NCBI GenBank assembly: GCA_965223545.1
Contig: OZ245006.1
Coordinates: forward strand, 5,600,001 to 5,664,000
Source of the DNA: Planctomycetota bacterium
Lineage (GTDB): Bacteria > Planctomycetota > UBA1135 > UBA2386
Direction of reading: 5' to 3'
DNA length: 64,000 nt
Part shown: piece after piece, positions 7,381 to 18,244 of the stretch
Layout of the letters: each line of letters begins with the position of its first letter
Numbering within the stretch: the first letter of the stretch is position 1
Program-made: the position numbers and the translations under genes
Notes under the pieces: generated by a model
Told to the model about the DNA's origin: nothing
What the model saw: only the letters and a program-made list of their open reading frames with translations
Databases searched by the model: none

Positions 7381-9399
7381 ATGTCCGGACCGGCTGCCGA
7401 GTTCGAGGCCCTGCTGCGGGCGCGCATGAGCCGCCGCGCGTTCGCCGCCGGCCTTGCCGCGGGCGCAGGGCTCGCCCGTGGTCGAGCCTCGCGTGCAGCC
7501 GCCCCTCCGGCACGCCCCCGCGTGAAGTTCCGCGGCCTGGGCGCCGGCATCTCCGCGGACGACCGCGTCGCCGACGGCTACCGCGCCGACGTGTTGATCG
7601 CCTGGGGAGACCCGGTGCTGCCGGGGGCGCCGCCGTTTCGCCCGAGCGCGCTCACCGCCGAGGCGCAGGCCTCGCAGTTCGGCGCCAACGCGGACTACTT
7701 GGCGTTCTTGCCGCTGCCGCGCGGCTCGGTGCGCTCCGATCACGGTCTGCTGTGCGTCAACCACGAGTTCACCAAGGCCGTGGCGATGTTCGACGGCCTC
7801 GGCGACAGCTACCTGAGCGCTCGCGAGCGCTCGACCGCCGCCCAGGCCGCGGTCGAGCTGCAAGCGCACGGCCACAGCGTGTTGGAGATCCGGCGCGACG
7901 CTGCGGGCGCGGTCAGGGTGGTCGACGACAGCGTATTCGCGCGGCGGGTGACCGCGACTACCCCGATCGAGTTGCGGGGCCCGGCGGCGGGCCACGCCCG
8001 ACTGCGGACTGCGGCCGATCCCACTGGTCGGTTGGTGCGCGGCACGTTCGCCGACTGCGCGGGCGGCGTCACTCCGTGGGGCACCGTGCTGATCGCCGAA
8101 GAGAACTTCGACGAGTACTTCTGGGGGGACCCGGAAGCGCTTCCGGGGGCGGACCAACTGCGGCGCTACACCGTCGGCCGCGAGCCGGAGTACGGCTGGG
8201 GGCGGTCGGCTGTCGAGCCCGGTATCGACGCTGTTCTGCGCGACGAGCTGCGGCGGTTCGACCTGCAGCACGAGCCCAACGAGTGCAACCGATTCGGTTG
8301 GGTCGTCGAGCTCGATCCCTACGACCCCGCGTCCCGGCCGGTGAAGCGCACCGCCCTGGGGCGTTTCAAGCACGAGAGTGCGACGGTCGTCGTCAGCGGG
8401 TCGGGCCGCGTGGTCGTGTACTCGGGCGACGATGAGGAGTTCGAGTACCTGTACCGCTACGTCAGTGACGGGACCGTCGACGAGCACGCGGGATTCGACT
8501 CCGACCTCCTCGACCGCGGCGTGCTCAGCGCGGCGCGGTTCGACGCCGACGGAACCCTCACCTGGTTGCCGCTGATCTTCGGTAAGGGTGGTTTGACGCC
8601 CGACAACGGATTCGCCGACCAGGCCGAGGTCTTGCTGTGGGCGCGGCGGGCGGCGGACATCGCCGGCGCGACCCCGCTCGATCGCCCCGAGGATGTCGAG
8701 GTGGACCCGCGGACCGGCGGCGTGCTGGTCGCATTGACCAACAACCTGGCGCGGACGGAAGAGCAGGTCGATGGCGCCAACCCGCGGCCGCGCAACTCCG
8801 CGGGGCACTTGCTCGAGCTGCTGCCGCCGGGCGACACGGACGCGCTCCGCCACGACGCGCCGTCCTTTCGCTGGAACGTCTTCCTACTGGGAGGGGCGGA
8901 CGCCAGGCCAGGCGACGAGGGAGCGGATCGATTGTCGGCTCCGGCCTGGGCGGCCGGGTTGCGCTGTCCCGACAACTTGGCCTTCGATCCGTCCGGCCGA
9001 CTCTGGATCGCGACCGACGGCAGTCCCACCACCTTTGCCGACGACGTACCGCTGGCGCGGCGGATGCCGGATGGTCTGTGGGCGATCGAAGAGGATGCGG
9101 GGGGTGCGCGCCGGCCCCTGCTGTTGTACGCGTGTCCCAACGGTGCCGAGTTGTGTGGGCCGTGCTTCACGCCCGATGGCGAGACGCTGTTCGTCGCCGT
9201 CCAGCACCCAGGCGGCGGCGCGCCGTTCGCGAGGTCGCCGACGCGCTGGCCCGCGGGAAGGCCGGGAGTGCGGCCGCTGCGCGGCGGTCCGCCGCCGCCG
9301 CGCTCCGCGGTGGTCGTGATCGCCAAGCAAAGACCCGATGCGGCCGGCGACAGCGGAGCGGACGACCCCGGCGGGTTCGACCCGCGGATCGGGAGCTGA
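7381..9399 (+). CDS. phoX: PhoX-family alkaline phosphatase (DUF839), Tat-exported
   Basis: Tat motif SRRAF; LLCVNHEF, CAGGVTPWGTVLIAEEN, KRTALGRFKHE, VVYSGDD, DRPEDV, PDNLAF, ATDG, ELCGPCFTPDG..LFVAVQHPG. Confidence 0.95.
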   Translation: MSGPAAEFEALLRARMSRRAFAAGLAAGAGLARGRASRAAAPPARPRVKFRGLGAGISADDRVADGYRADVLIAWGDPVLPGAPPFRPSALTAEAQASQFGANADYLAFLPLPRGSVRSDHGLLCVNHEFTKAVAMFDGLGDSYLSARERSTAAQAAVELQAHGHSVLEIRRDAAGAVRVVDDSVFARRVTATTPIELRGPAAGHARLRTAADPTGRLVRGTFADCAGGVTPWGTVLIAEENFDEYFWGDPEALPGADQLRRYTVGREPEYGWGRSAVEPGIDAVLRDELRRFDLQHEPNECNRFGWVVELDPYDPASRPVKRTALGRFKHESATVVVSGSGRVVVYSGDDEEFEYLYRYVSDGTVDEHAGFDSDLLDRGVLSAARFDADGTLTWLPLIFGKGGLTPDNGFADQAEVLLWARRAADIAGATPLDRPEDVEVDPRTGGVLVALTNNLARTEEQVDGANPRPRNSAGHLLELLPPGDTDALRHDAPSFRWNVFLLGGADARPGDEGADRLSAPAWAAGLRCPDNLAFDPSGRLWIATDGSPTTFADDVPLARRMPDGLWAIEEDAGGARRPLLLYACPNGAELCGPCFTPDGETLFVAVQHPGGGAPFARSPTRWPAGRPGVRPLRGGPPPPRSAVVVIAKQRPDAAGDSGADDPGGFDPRIGS

Positions 9400-9492
9400 G
9401 CCTCCGGCGCCTCGAATCGTCGAGCGGCCATAACATTCTCGAGGCGACGCCGCTGCCATGGCGACAACGCCGCCGCGCTGAGCCTCCGGCGC
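9395..9492 (+). repeat. 16-bp direct repeat GCTGAGCCTCCGGCGC
   Basis: Exact copies at 9395-9410 (overlapping phoX stop) and 9477-9492. Confidence 0.8.
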
Positions 9493-9591
9493 GGCCGTCT
9501 CGGATCCGGATCGGTGCCAGTCCGACCTTGCCAAAGAGCGTCGCCGAACGAAGACTCTTCGCATGTTCGCAGCTGACGGCGGCGCCCACCC

Positions 9592-11526
9592 ATGACGGCG
9601 ATGTCCGATCCCGATGCGCCGGTCCGCGCGCCGGCTTGGGTGATGGTGGCCGGCGCAGTGCTCGCGCTGGCGGCACTCGGGGCTGGCCGGCTCGGCATTC
9701 TGTACGGCGGGTTCGGTCCGACCCAGCTTCTCGTCTTGGCCCTAGCGGCGGGCGTGCTCGCGGGCGGCGTGTGGAGTGCGGCGCCGATCGGGTTGCTGAC
9801 CGGTGCGAGCTTGGGAGCGGTGGGCGGTGCCTGCATTGGCATTACCGAGGCCGTGCACCAGCTGGTCCGCAAGGTCGGCTTCGACGTCATCTTGAAGCTG
9901 CCCGACGGCTTCGTGTGGATGACGCCGGTAGCCAACGCCGTGATCGGTGCCGGGCTCGGGCTCGGGCTCGGCCTGGTCGGCTCGGTGATCCGCGGCGGCG
10001 CCAACCGCGCCTCGTTGGCGTTCGCGCTCGGCATGCTGCTCGCCGCGGCGCACGCCTCGATCTACACCCTCGACAAGATCGCGGGACTGGTGCTCTGCAT
10101 CGGCGTGGGTGTGCAGTGCGCGCGGACGGCAGCGGCGCGTGCCAACCCGCGCGGCGGCCGCGTTCGGATCGCGGCGTCGGCCGCTGCTGTCGTCATCGGC
10201 GCCGGCCTCTTGTGGTCGGCGGTGCCGCGTCGCACCGCCGTCACCGCGGCGCCGAGCGGCTCACCGCCCAACGTGCTGTTGGTCGTGCTCGACACCGTCC
10301 GGGCGGATGCGCTCAGCGTCTACGGCGCGGCGCGGCCGACCTCGCCCGGTCTCGAGCGTCTGGCCAGCCGCGGCGTGCTGTTCGAGAACGCGGTGTCGAC
10401 GTCACCGTGGACGCTGACCGCGCACGCCACGCTGTTCACCGGCCGATACCCGCACGAGTGCAGCGCCGATTGGCACGCGGTGCTGGACGACGAGCACCCC
10501 ACCTTGGCCGAGACCTTCGGCGCTGCCGGCTACGCCACCGGTGGTTTCGTCGGCAACCTGCGCTACTGCCTGGCCGAGTTCGGCATCGACCGCGGGTTCG
10601 AGGTATACGAGGACTTCTACCTGCGGCCGTCGACCGTGTTCGCGAGTGCATCCGTCGGCTACGCCGTGCTCAACCAGATCGTCGGCCAGCCCTTCCACAC
10701 GGTGCTGCGCAACGATGCCACCACGATGACCGACCGCTTGCTCGCCTGGCAGGCACAGCTCGGTGAGCGGCCGTTCTTCGCCTTCGTCAACTACTACGAC
10801 GCACACGCCTACTGCGAGCCACCGCCGGATCTGGAAGGCCGCTTCGGTCCCGGAGGCGGCGACGCGCGCGACTGGAACGCCCGCGATGGCGCCAAGCAGG
10901 CCGACGCGATCGCCGGCTTCCGCAACGACTACGACGCGTGTCTGGTCTACGTCGATCGCGAGATCGAGCGGTTGCTCGACGGCCTCGCCGCGCGTGGCGT
11001 GCTCGACAACACCCTCGTCGTGATCACCGCTGACCACGGCGAACAGTTCGGCGAGCACGGCCTCACCGGGCACGGCAACAGCCTGTATCGACCCAACCTG
11101 CACGTGCCGTTGTTGGTGGTGCTGCCGGGCGCCGTGCCGGCCGGCCGTCGCGTCGCCGAAACCGTCTCGCTGCGCGACGTGCCGCGCACGATCCTCGCGC
11201 TGACGGGGATCGAGGACGCTCGGTTTCCGGGCACTCCGCTCGGTGTCTTGTGGGGACGCGAGCGCGACAGCGCGACCCCTTTGTCGGCCGTCTTGGCCGA
11301 GGTGAGTGCGGTGCCGGGATCACCGCCGCACATCCCGGTCGGGCGTGGCGACATGCTCTCGCTGACCGAGCAGGGCCACCACCTGATCATCAACGGCGAC
11401 GGCGTGTTGGAGTTGTTCGACTGGCAGGCCGACCCGCAGGAGACCCGCGATCTGGTCGAGACCGAGGCCGGGTCGGCGACGGCCGAGGCGCTGCGCGATC
11501 GATTGCTGCGAATCGTTGGCCGCTGA
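9592..11526 (+). CDS. Membrane-anchored sulfatase-like hydrolase/transferase (alkaline phosphatase superfamily)
   Basis: Several N-terminal TM helices; PNVLLVVLDTVRAD, SPWTLTAHATLFTG, YYDAH, ITADHGE, GHG. Confidence 0.9.
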   Translation: MTAMSDPDAPVRAPAWVMVAGAVLALAALGAGRLGILYGGFGPTQLLVLALAAGVLAGGVWSAAPIGLLTGASLGAVGGACIGITEAVHQLVRKVGFDVILKLPDGFVWMTPVANAVIGAGLGLGLGLVGSVIRGGANRASLAFALGMLLAAAHASIYTLDKIAGLVLCIGVGVQCARTAAARANPRGGRVRIAASAAAVVIGAGLLWSAVPRRTAVTAAPSGSPPNVLLVVLDTVRADALSVYGAARPTSPGLERLASRGVLFENAVSTSPWTLTAHATLFTGRYPHECSADWHAVLDDEHPTLAETFGAAGYATGGFVGNLRYCLAEFGIDRGFEVYEDFYLRPSTVFASASVGYAVLNQIVGQPFHTVLRNDATTMTDRLLAWQAQLGERPFFAFVNYYDAHAYCEPPPDLEGRFGPGGGDARDWNARDGAKQADAIAGFRNDYDACLVYVDREIERLLDGLAARGVLDNTLVVITADHGEQFGEHGLTGHGNSLYRPNLHVPLLVVLPGAVPAGRRVAETVSLRDVPRTILALTGIEDARFPGTPLGVLWGRERDSATPLSAVLAEVSAVPGSPPHIPVGRGDMLSLTEQGHHLIINGDGVLELFDWQADPQETRDLVETEAGSATAEALRDRLLRIVGR

Positions 11527-11709
11527 TCCGCGCGCCGGCCGCGCGGCGGAAGGCTGAAAGACGGTGCGCAACCGCGAGTTGTCGTGGACAGGACGCGGCG
11601 GAAGGCCTCGGCCCGAGGTGGATCCGGCGCGCTCCGCGTGACCGGACTCGAGAGGCACGATGCCGCCCAAACAGCCGCCACGGCCCGCCGCGGGGCCTGA
11701 TCGCTCGCC

Positions 11710-12705
11710 ATGAGCGCGTCGCGCGTCGCCCGCGAGGCGCAGATGATCGAGGACCTGTGCCGGCCGCACAACCTGCCGGGCGGCAGCAATCACGTCGAGC
11801 TGGTGACCACGCACGGCAGCGTCGTCTTCCTGACCGAGGACTCGGTCTTCAAGGTCAAGCGCGCGCGCGACTTCGGCTTCATGGACTACAGCACGATCCA
11901 GCGTCGCCAGGCGGCGTGCCAGACCGAGGTGCGGCTCAACCGGCGGACCGCGGCCTCCGTGTATCACGGCGTGCTGCCCGTGTTTCGCGACGCCGCCGGC
12001 TATTCGTTGGTGCGCGGCGGCGCGATCGTCGACTGGGCGGTGCACATGCGTCGCCTGCCCGACGAGCGCTGCGCGCGCACGATGCTTGCCGCCGGCGCCC
12101 TGGCGGCGCCGGAGGTGGCTGCCATCGCCGATGGCGCTGCGGCCTTCTACGCCTCCGTCGACCGCTACCCGCCCGCGCCGGAGGTGTGGATCGCGAGCTG
12201 CGAGGAGAACTTCGCGCAGACCGAACGCTTCGTCGGTGTGCAACTCGAACGCGCGGTGTTCGACCGTGTGGTCCGGCGGCAGCGGGAGTGGATCGAGCGC
12301 AACCGCGCCCGCATCGAGCACCGCGACTGCCGCGACGGGCACGGCGATCTCCGCCTCGAGCACGTCTACTTGCTCGATGGCGGGCCGGTGCTGATCGACT
12401 GCATCGAGTTCGATGCCAAGTACCGCATCGCCGATCCGGCACTCGACGCCGCCTTCTTGGTGATGGACCTCGGTTGGCGTGGCCACACCGAGCTCGCGCA
12501 GCAGTTCGCCCAGCGCTTCGCCGAGAGCAGCTGCGATCCCGAGCTCCTGTCGTTGCTCGAGGGCTATGTCAGCTATCGAGCTCTGGTCCGCGCCAAGGTG
12601 GCGTGCCTGGTCGCCACCGATGCAGCGACCCACGGCGACCGCGCCGTCGCCAAGGCCGGCGAGGCGGCTTCGCTGCTCGCCTACGCGGACTCCGGGTGGA
12701 GCTAG
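11710..12705 (+). CDS. APH-like phosphotransferase domain protein (COG2187/Rv2004c N-terminal type)
   Basis: TH.SVVFL, FKVKR...FGFMDYST, EVRLNRR, DGHGDLRLEHV, IDCIEF, DAAFLVMDL. Confidence 0.85.
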   Translation: MSASRVAREAQMIEDLCRPHNLPGGSNHVELVTTHGSVVFLTEDSVFKVKRARDFGFMDYSTIQRRQAACQTEVRLNRRTAASVYHGVLPVFRDAAGYSLVRGGAIVDWAVHMRRLPDERCARTMLAAGALAAPEVAAIADGAAAFYASVDRYPPAPEVWIASCEENFAQTERFVGVQLERAVFDRVVRRQREWIERNRARIEHRDCRDGHGDLRLEHVYLLDGGPVLIDCIEFDAKYRIADPALDAAFLVMDLGWRGHTELAQQFAQRFAESSCDPELLSLLEGYVSYRALVRAKVACLVATDAATHGDRAVAKAGEAASLLAYADSGWS

Positions 12706-12742
12706 TGACACCGTGCTCGGAGACTCCTAGCATCAGCCGGCT

Positions 12743-14146
<1,404 letters not shown>

Positions 14147-14148
14147 GC

Positions 14149-15219
14149 ATGCGAGCAGCCAAGCGTTCGGCCGGCCGGCACCGGTCTCGGTGGCGCCGGC
14201 TGGCGCGCGGTGTGCTCGCCGCGGGGATCGGCTTGGCCCTGGCGGGTGTCGCCGGCGAGATCCTGGTGCGCGTGGTGGTGGGCGCTCCGCTCGCCGAGCG
14301 CGAGCCGCTGATGGAGATTCGGGCCAACCCGCACCGCGGCTGGGAGATGGTGCCCGGCCTCCACTACACCTACCAGCACCCCGTGCAGGTCAACGCGCTC
14401 GGGCTGCGCGGCCCAGAGCTGGAGACGAAGCGCGAAGGCGAGCTGCGCGTGCTGATGCTGGGCGACAGCCAGCTGTTCGGCCAGGGCGTGGCCAGCGACG
14501 AGACCGCGCCGCACTTCGTGCAGGAGCAGCTGCGTGCCGCGATGGGCGGGGCCCGTTCCGTCACCGTGATCAACGCCGGCCACCGCGCCTATGACACCCG
14601 GCAGGAGCTGGCGTTGTTGCGCGAGCTGGGGCCGCGCATCCAGCCGGACATCGTCATCGTTTGGTTCTACTGGAACGACCTGGACGAGCGCGACATCGAC
14701 GGCACCTACGCGCGGCTGACCGCTTCGGGCCCCATCGTGTTCGACGTCGGCGCCAAGATGGAGGGGTGGACGAGGCTGCGCTGGCATCTGGTGCAGATGG
14801 TGCGCCGCAGCGCTTTCGTGATGTACCTGTACGACCAGGTGCGCGCGCTGCGCGTGCCGGTGCAGCTGGATCCGGTCGGCCTGCAGCCGGCCTACGACCG
14901 TGCCGCCGGCTACGCGGAGAGTTTCGTCGAGCTCTCGCAGAGCATGGGGTTTCGCTTGTACTACGCGTTGTTGCCGGACGCGGCCAGCCTGGTCGGGCCA
15001 CACTTCACCGACGCGATGCTGGACTCCGTCAAGGCCGTGCTCGCGGCCAAGCGGATCGCCACCGTCGACTTGCGGCCACCGCTGCGCGCGCACGTCGAGG
15101 CTGGCTCGTCTCTGCCGGTGGTTCCCTACGACTTCCACTACGACGCGGTCGGTCACCGGGTGGCGGCGCAGGCCATGGTGGATCGGTTGTTGGCCGATGG
15201 GGTCGTGGCCGGCCAATGA
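14149..15219 (+). CDS. Membrane-anchored SGNH/GDSL-family protein (esterase or O-acyltransferase)
   Basis: Basic N-terminus plus one TM helix; GDSQLFG, INAG, YWND, DFH catalytic blocks. Confidence 0.85.
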   Translation: MRAAKRSAGRHRSRWRRLARGVLAAGIGLALAGVAGEILVRVVVGAPLAEREPLMEIRANPHRGWEMVPGLHYTYQHPVQVNALGLRGPELETKREGELRVLMLGDSQLFGQGVASDETAPHFVQEQLRAAMGGARSVTVINAGHRAYDTRQELALLRELGPRIQPDIVIVWFYWNDLDERDIDGTYARLTASGPIVFDVGAKMEGWTRLRWHLVQMVRRSAFVMYLYDQVRALRVPVQLDPVGLQPAYDRAAGYAESFVELSQSMGFRLYYALLPDAASLVGPHFTDAMLDSVKAVLAAKRIATVDLRPPLRAHVEAGSSLPVVPYDFHYDAVGHRVAAQAMVDRLLADGVVAGQ

Positions 15220-16367
15220 AGGTCGCGATCCTGTGCTCGGGGCTGGGGCACGTGCGCCGCGGTCACGAAGTGTTCATCCGCCAGGTCTTCGACCTGCTGC
15301 GCGACGAAGTCGATGTCACGCTGTTCAAGGGTGGCGGCCCGGCAGTGGAGCGCGAGGTCGTGGTGCCGCACGTGCCGCGCTACAGCAAAATGCTGGACGG
15401 CATGCACGTCGTGGCGGCGCCGAAGTGGCGCGCCGCGGTCGAGGAGGACACGCGGCTGGCGATCGAGATGGACACGTTCGCGCGCGGCGCGCTGCTGCCC
15501 CTGCTCGAAGGTGGCTATGACGTGATCCACTGCCTCGAGCGAGAGGTCGCCGATTGGCTGTACGGACAGCGGCTGTTGTTCGCCCAGGTGCCGCGCTTCG
15601 TCTTTTCCAACGGCGGGGCCTTGCCGGCGAAGCGGCTGCCGCGGTGCGACCTCGTGCAGGAGCACACGCGCTTCTCGATGCAGCGCGGTGCGCCGCAAAA
15701 AAGCGTGCTGCTGCCGCACGGGGTCGACCTGCACCGGTTCGATCCCGAGATCGACAGCGGGTTCCGCGCCGAGCTGGGGATCCCCGACGACGTCTTGCTG
15801 GTGCTCAGCGTCGGCACGATTTGCTACTGGCACAAGCGCATGGACCACCTCATCGAGGAGGTGGCGCAGGTCGAGGGTGCCCATCTGGTGGTCGCCGGCC
15901 AGCGATCGGTGGATGCGCCGGCGATCGAGGAGCTCGGCCGGCAGCGGCTGGGCGACCGAGTGCGGTTCGTCTCGCTCGGCCACGACGCCCTGCCGGCGGC
16001 CTACCGCGCCGCCGACGTGTTCGCGCTGGCCTCGCTGTTCGAGACCTTCGGCATCGTCTACATCGAGGCGATGGCGATGCGCTTGCCGGTGATCGCGACC
16101 GACCACGAGAACCAGCGGGCGATCATCGAGCACGGGGTGTTCGTCGACATGCGCCGCCGCGGCGCCCTGGCCGCGGCGCTGCGGGGCTTGGGGCCGCAGG
16201 AGCGTCGTGAGCTCGGCCGGTGCGGAAGGCAGCGCGTCGAGCAGCACTACGACCTTCGCCGGCAGAAGGCCGACTACATCGCGATGTACGAGCGCGCCGC
16301 CGCGATCCCGACCCAGGTGCCGCGGCATACGCTGAAGCGCCGGCTGCGCGGCTTGTTCCGTCGCTGA
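15216..16367 (+). CDS. Glycosyltransferase family 4
   Basis: HGVDLHRF, HKRMD, ETFGIVYIEAMA (EX7E); ATGA overlap with the SGNH gene. Confidence 0.93.
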   Translation: MKVAILCSGLGHVRRGHEVFIRQVFDLLRDEVDVTLFKGGGPAVEREVVVPHVPRYSKMLDGMHVVAAPKWRAAVEEDTRLAIEMDTFARGALLPLLEGGYDVIHCLEREVADWLYGQRLLFAQVPRFVFSNGGALPAKRLPRCDLVQEHTRFSMQRGAPQKSVLLPHGVDLHRFDPEIDSGFRAELGIPDDVLLVLSVGTICYWHKRMDHLIEEVAQVEGAHLVVAGQRSVDAPAIEELGRQRLGDRVRFVSLGHDALPAAYRAADVFALASLFETFGIVYIEAMAMRLPVIATDHENQRAIIEHGVFVDMRRRGALAAALRGLGPQERRELGRCGRQRVEQHYDLRRQKADYIAMYERAAAIPTQVPRHTLKRRLRGLFRR

Positions 16368-16457
16368 GTCGTTTCAAGGCTGGTGCCGGGTCTCGCGCGG
16401 GCCTCGTCCTGAGGTATGCTCCTCGGCCTCCCTCGCCTCTTCCCACCCCGCACTCCC

Positions 16458-16712
16458 ATGGACAAGAACGCGATCGTCCAAACCGTCCGTGACTACATTT
16501 CGCGCGAGTTCTTGCGCGACGAGCCCGATATCGTCTTGCAGGACGACACGCCGCTGATCACCGGTGGAGTGCTCGACTCGATCAGTACGATCAAGCTGGT
16601 GTCGTTTCTCGAGGAGCAGTTCAAGGTCGAGTTCGCCGCGCACGAGGTGTCCGCCGACTACCTCGACAGCTTGAGCACGATCGGCGACAGCGTCGCCGCC
16701 AAGCTGGGATGA
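16458..16712 (+). CDS. Peptidyl/acyl carrier protein (PltL/RedO-like)
   Basis: 84 aa, acidic; GVLDSIST phosphopantetheine site; VSFLEEQF. Confidence 0.92.
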   Translation: MDKNAIVQTVRDYISREFLRDEPDIVLQDDTPLITGGVLDSISTIKLVSFLEEQFKVEFAAHEVSADYLDSLSTIGDSVAAKLG

Positions 16713-18244
16713 CACAGCGGCTCGACGCGCTCTTGGCCGCGTCCGCCGTCGCGCGGCCGGACCATGTCGCGATCGAAGACCCCGCTACCGGCGACGCCGT
16801 CACCTACGCCGAGCTCGACGCCGCGGCGCAGCGCGTCGCCGAGACCCTGCGCCAGCGCGGCGTGGTCGCCGGCGACCGGGTCGGAGTGAGCGGCAAGTCG
16901 GTGCCCGTCGTGGCGGCGATCTTCGGCATTCTGCGCGCCGGAGCAGCCTACGTCCCGGTCGATGCCAACGCCCCCTTGCAGCGCGGCGCGACGATTCTGG
17001 CGGACTGTGGCGTCGCCTGTGCGTTCGTCGCGCCGGCCGCCGCCGCCGGGTTCGCCGAGTCGTTCGGCCACGACGGCGGCGCCGTCGAGTCGGTCGACGC
17101 GCTCGCCGGGCTCGGACCCGAGCTCGCCCTCGTTCCCGGCCCCGGTCAGCGAGTCGAAGACCCGTCGATGGCGGGCGAGTTGGCCTACATCCTGTACACC
17201 TCGGGGTCCACTGGGGTGCCGAAGGGTGTGGTGCACACCCATCGCAGCGCCCTGGCGTTCGTCGATTGGTGTTCGGAGGCGCTCCAACCGAGCCCGGACG
17301 ATCGCTTCTCGTCACACGCGCCGTTCCACTTCGACCTGTCGATCTTCGATCTCTACGTGTCCATCAAGCATGGCGGCACGTTGGTGCTGATCGGCGATGC
17401 CCTGGGCAAGCACCCGACCGGGCTGGCGTCGACGATCGCCGAGCGTCGAATCTCGGTGTGGTATTCGACGCCCTCGATCCTGCGTCTGCTCGTCGAGATG
17501 GGCAAGCTGGAGCGCCACCCGCACGCGCCGCGGTTGGTGTTGTTCGCCGGCGAGGTGTTTCCGATCAAGCACCTCCGCGCTCTGCAGGCGGCATGGTCGA
17601 GCCCGCGCTACTGCAATCTCTACGGGCCGACCGAGACCAACGTGTGCACTTGGTTCGACTTGCCGCCGCAGACTCCGGCCGACCGCGAGCAGCCATTCCC
17701 CATCGGGGTGGAGTGCTCTGGAGACGTCGCTCGGGTCGTCGACGAGGCCGGTGCCGACGTCGCCGACGGTGACGAGGGCGAGCTGTGGATCGCCGGCGCA
17801 TCGGTGATGCTGGGCTACTGGAACCGTGCCGAGCAAACCGCCGCGGTCTTCGTCGACGGTGACGACGGGCACCGCTGGTACCGGACCGGCGATCTGGTGC
17901 GACGCGATGCCAGCGGCGATCTAGTGTTCGTCGGCCGACGCGACCGGATGGTGAAGCGGCGCGGCTACCGCATCGAGCTCGGTGAGATCGAGGCGGCGCT
18001 GTATCGGCACGAGCGCGTGTCCGAGGCCGCTGCTCTGGCGGTCACCGACGCCGATGGCGCGGTCGGGATCCGCGCCTTTCTGTCGTGCGCCGATGGCGGC
18101 AGTGTGCCGGTGCTCGAGCTCAAGCAGTGGTGCGCGAGCCAACTTCCGCTCTACATGGTTCCCGATCGGTTCTTCTGCCGCGAGGTGCTACCGAAGACCT
18201 CGACCGACAAGATCGACTACCAGGCCCTGGCGCGGGAGCAGTGA
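16709..18244 (+). CDS. Stand-alone amino acid adenylation enzyme, predicted L-proline specific (PltF/RedM-like)
   Basis: YTSGSTGVPKG, HFDLSIF, NLYGPTETNVC, YRTGD, RIELGEIE, KID; specificity residues read by eye as DLFYLALVCK. Confidence 0.85.
   Translation: MTQRLDALLAASAVARPDHVAIEDPATGDAVTYAELDAAAQRVAETLRQRGVVAGDRVGVSGKSVPVVAAIFGILRAGAAYVPVDANAPLQRGATILADCGVACAFVAPAAAAGFAESFGHDGGAVESVDALAGLGPELALVPGPGQRVEDPSMAGELAYILYTSGSTGVPKGVVHTHRSALAFVDWCSEALQPSPDDRFSSHAPFHFDLSIFDLYVSIKHGGTLVLIGDALGKHPTGLASTIAERRISVWYSTPSILRLLVEMGKLERHPHAPRLVLFAGEVFPIKHLRALQAAWSSPRYCNLYGPTETNVCTWFDLPPQTPADREQPFPIGVECSGDVARVVDEAGADVADGDEGELWIAGASVMLGYWNRAEQTAAVFVDGDDGHRWYRTGDLVRRDASGDLVFVGRRDRMVKRRGYRIELGEIEAALYRHERVSEAAALAVTDADGAVGIRAFLSCADGGSVPVLELKQWCASQLPLYMVPDRFFCREVLPKTSTDKIDYQALAREQ

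Noticed and set aside
9395..9492. CRISPR mini-array
   Set aside because: Only two 16-bp copies, 66-bp spacer, no cas genes
11542..11606. 13-bp direct repeat CGCGGCGGAAGGC in the sulfatase-APH intergenic region; possible riboswitch
   Set aside because: Short GC-rich match that may be chance; no riboswitch consensus recognised
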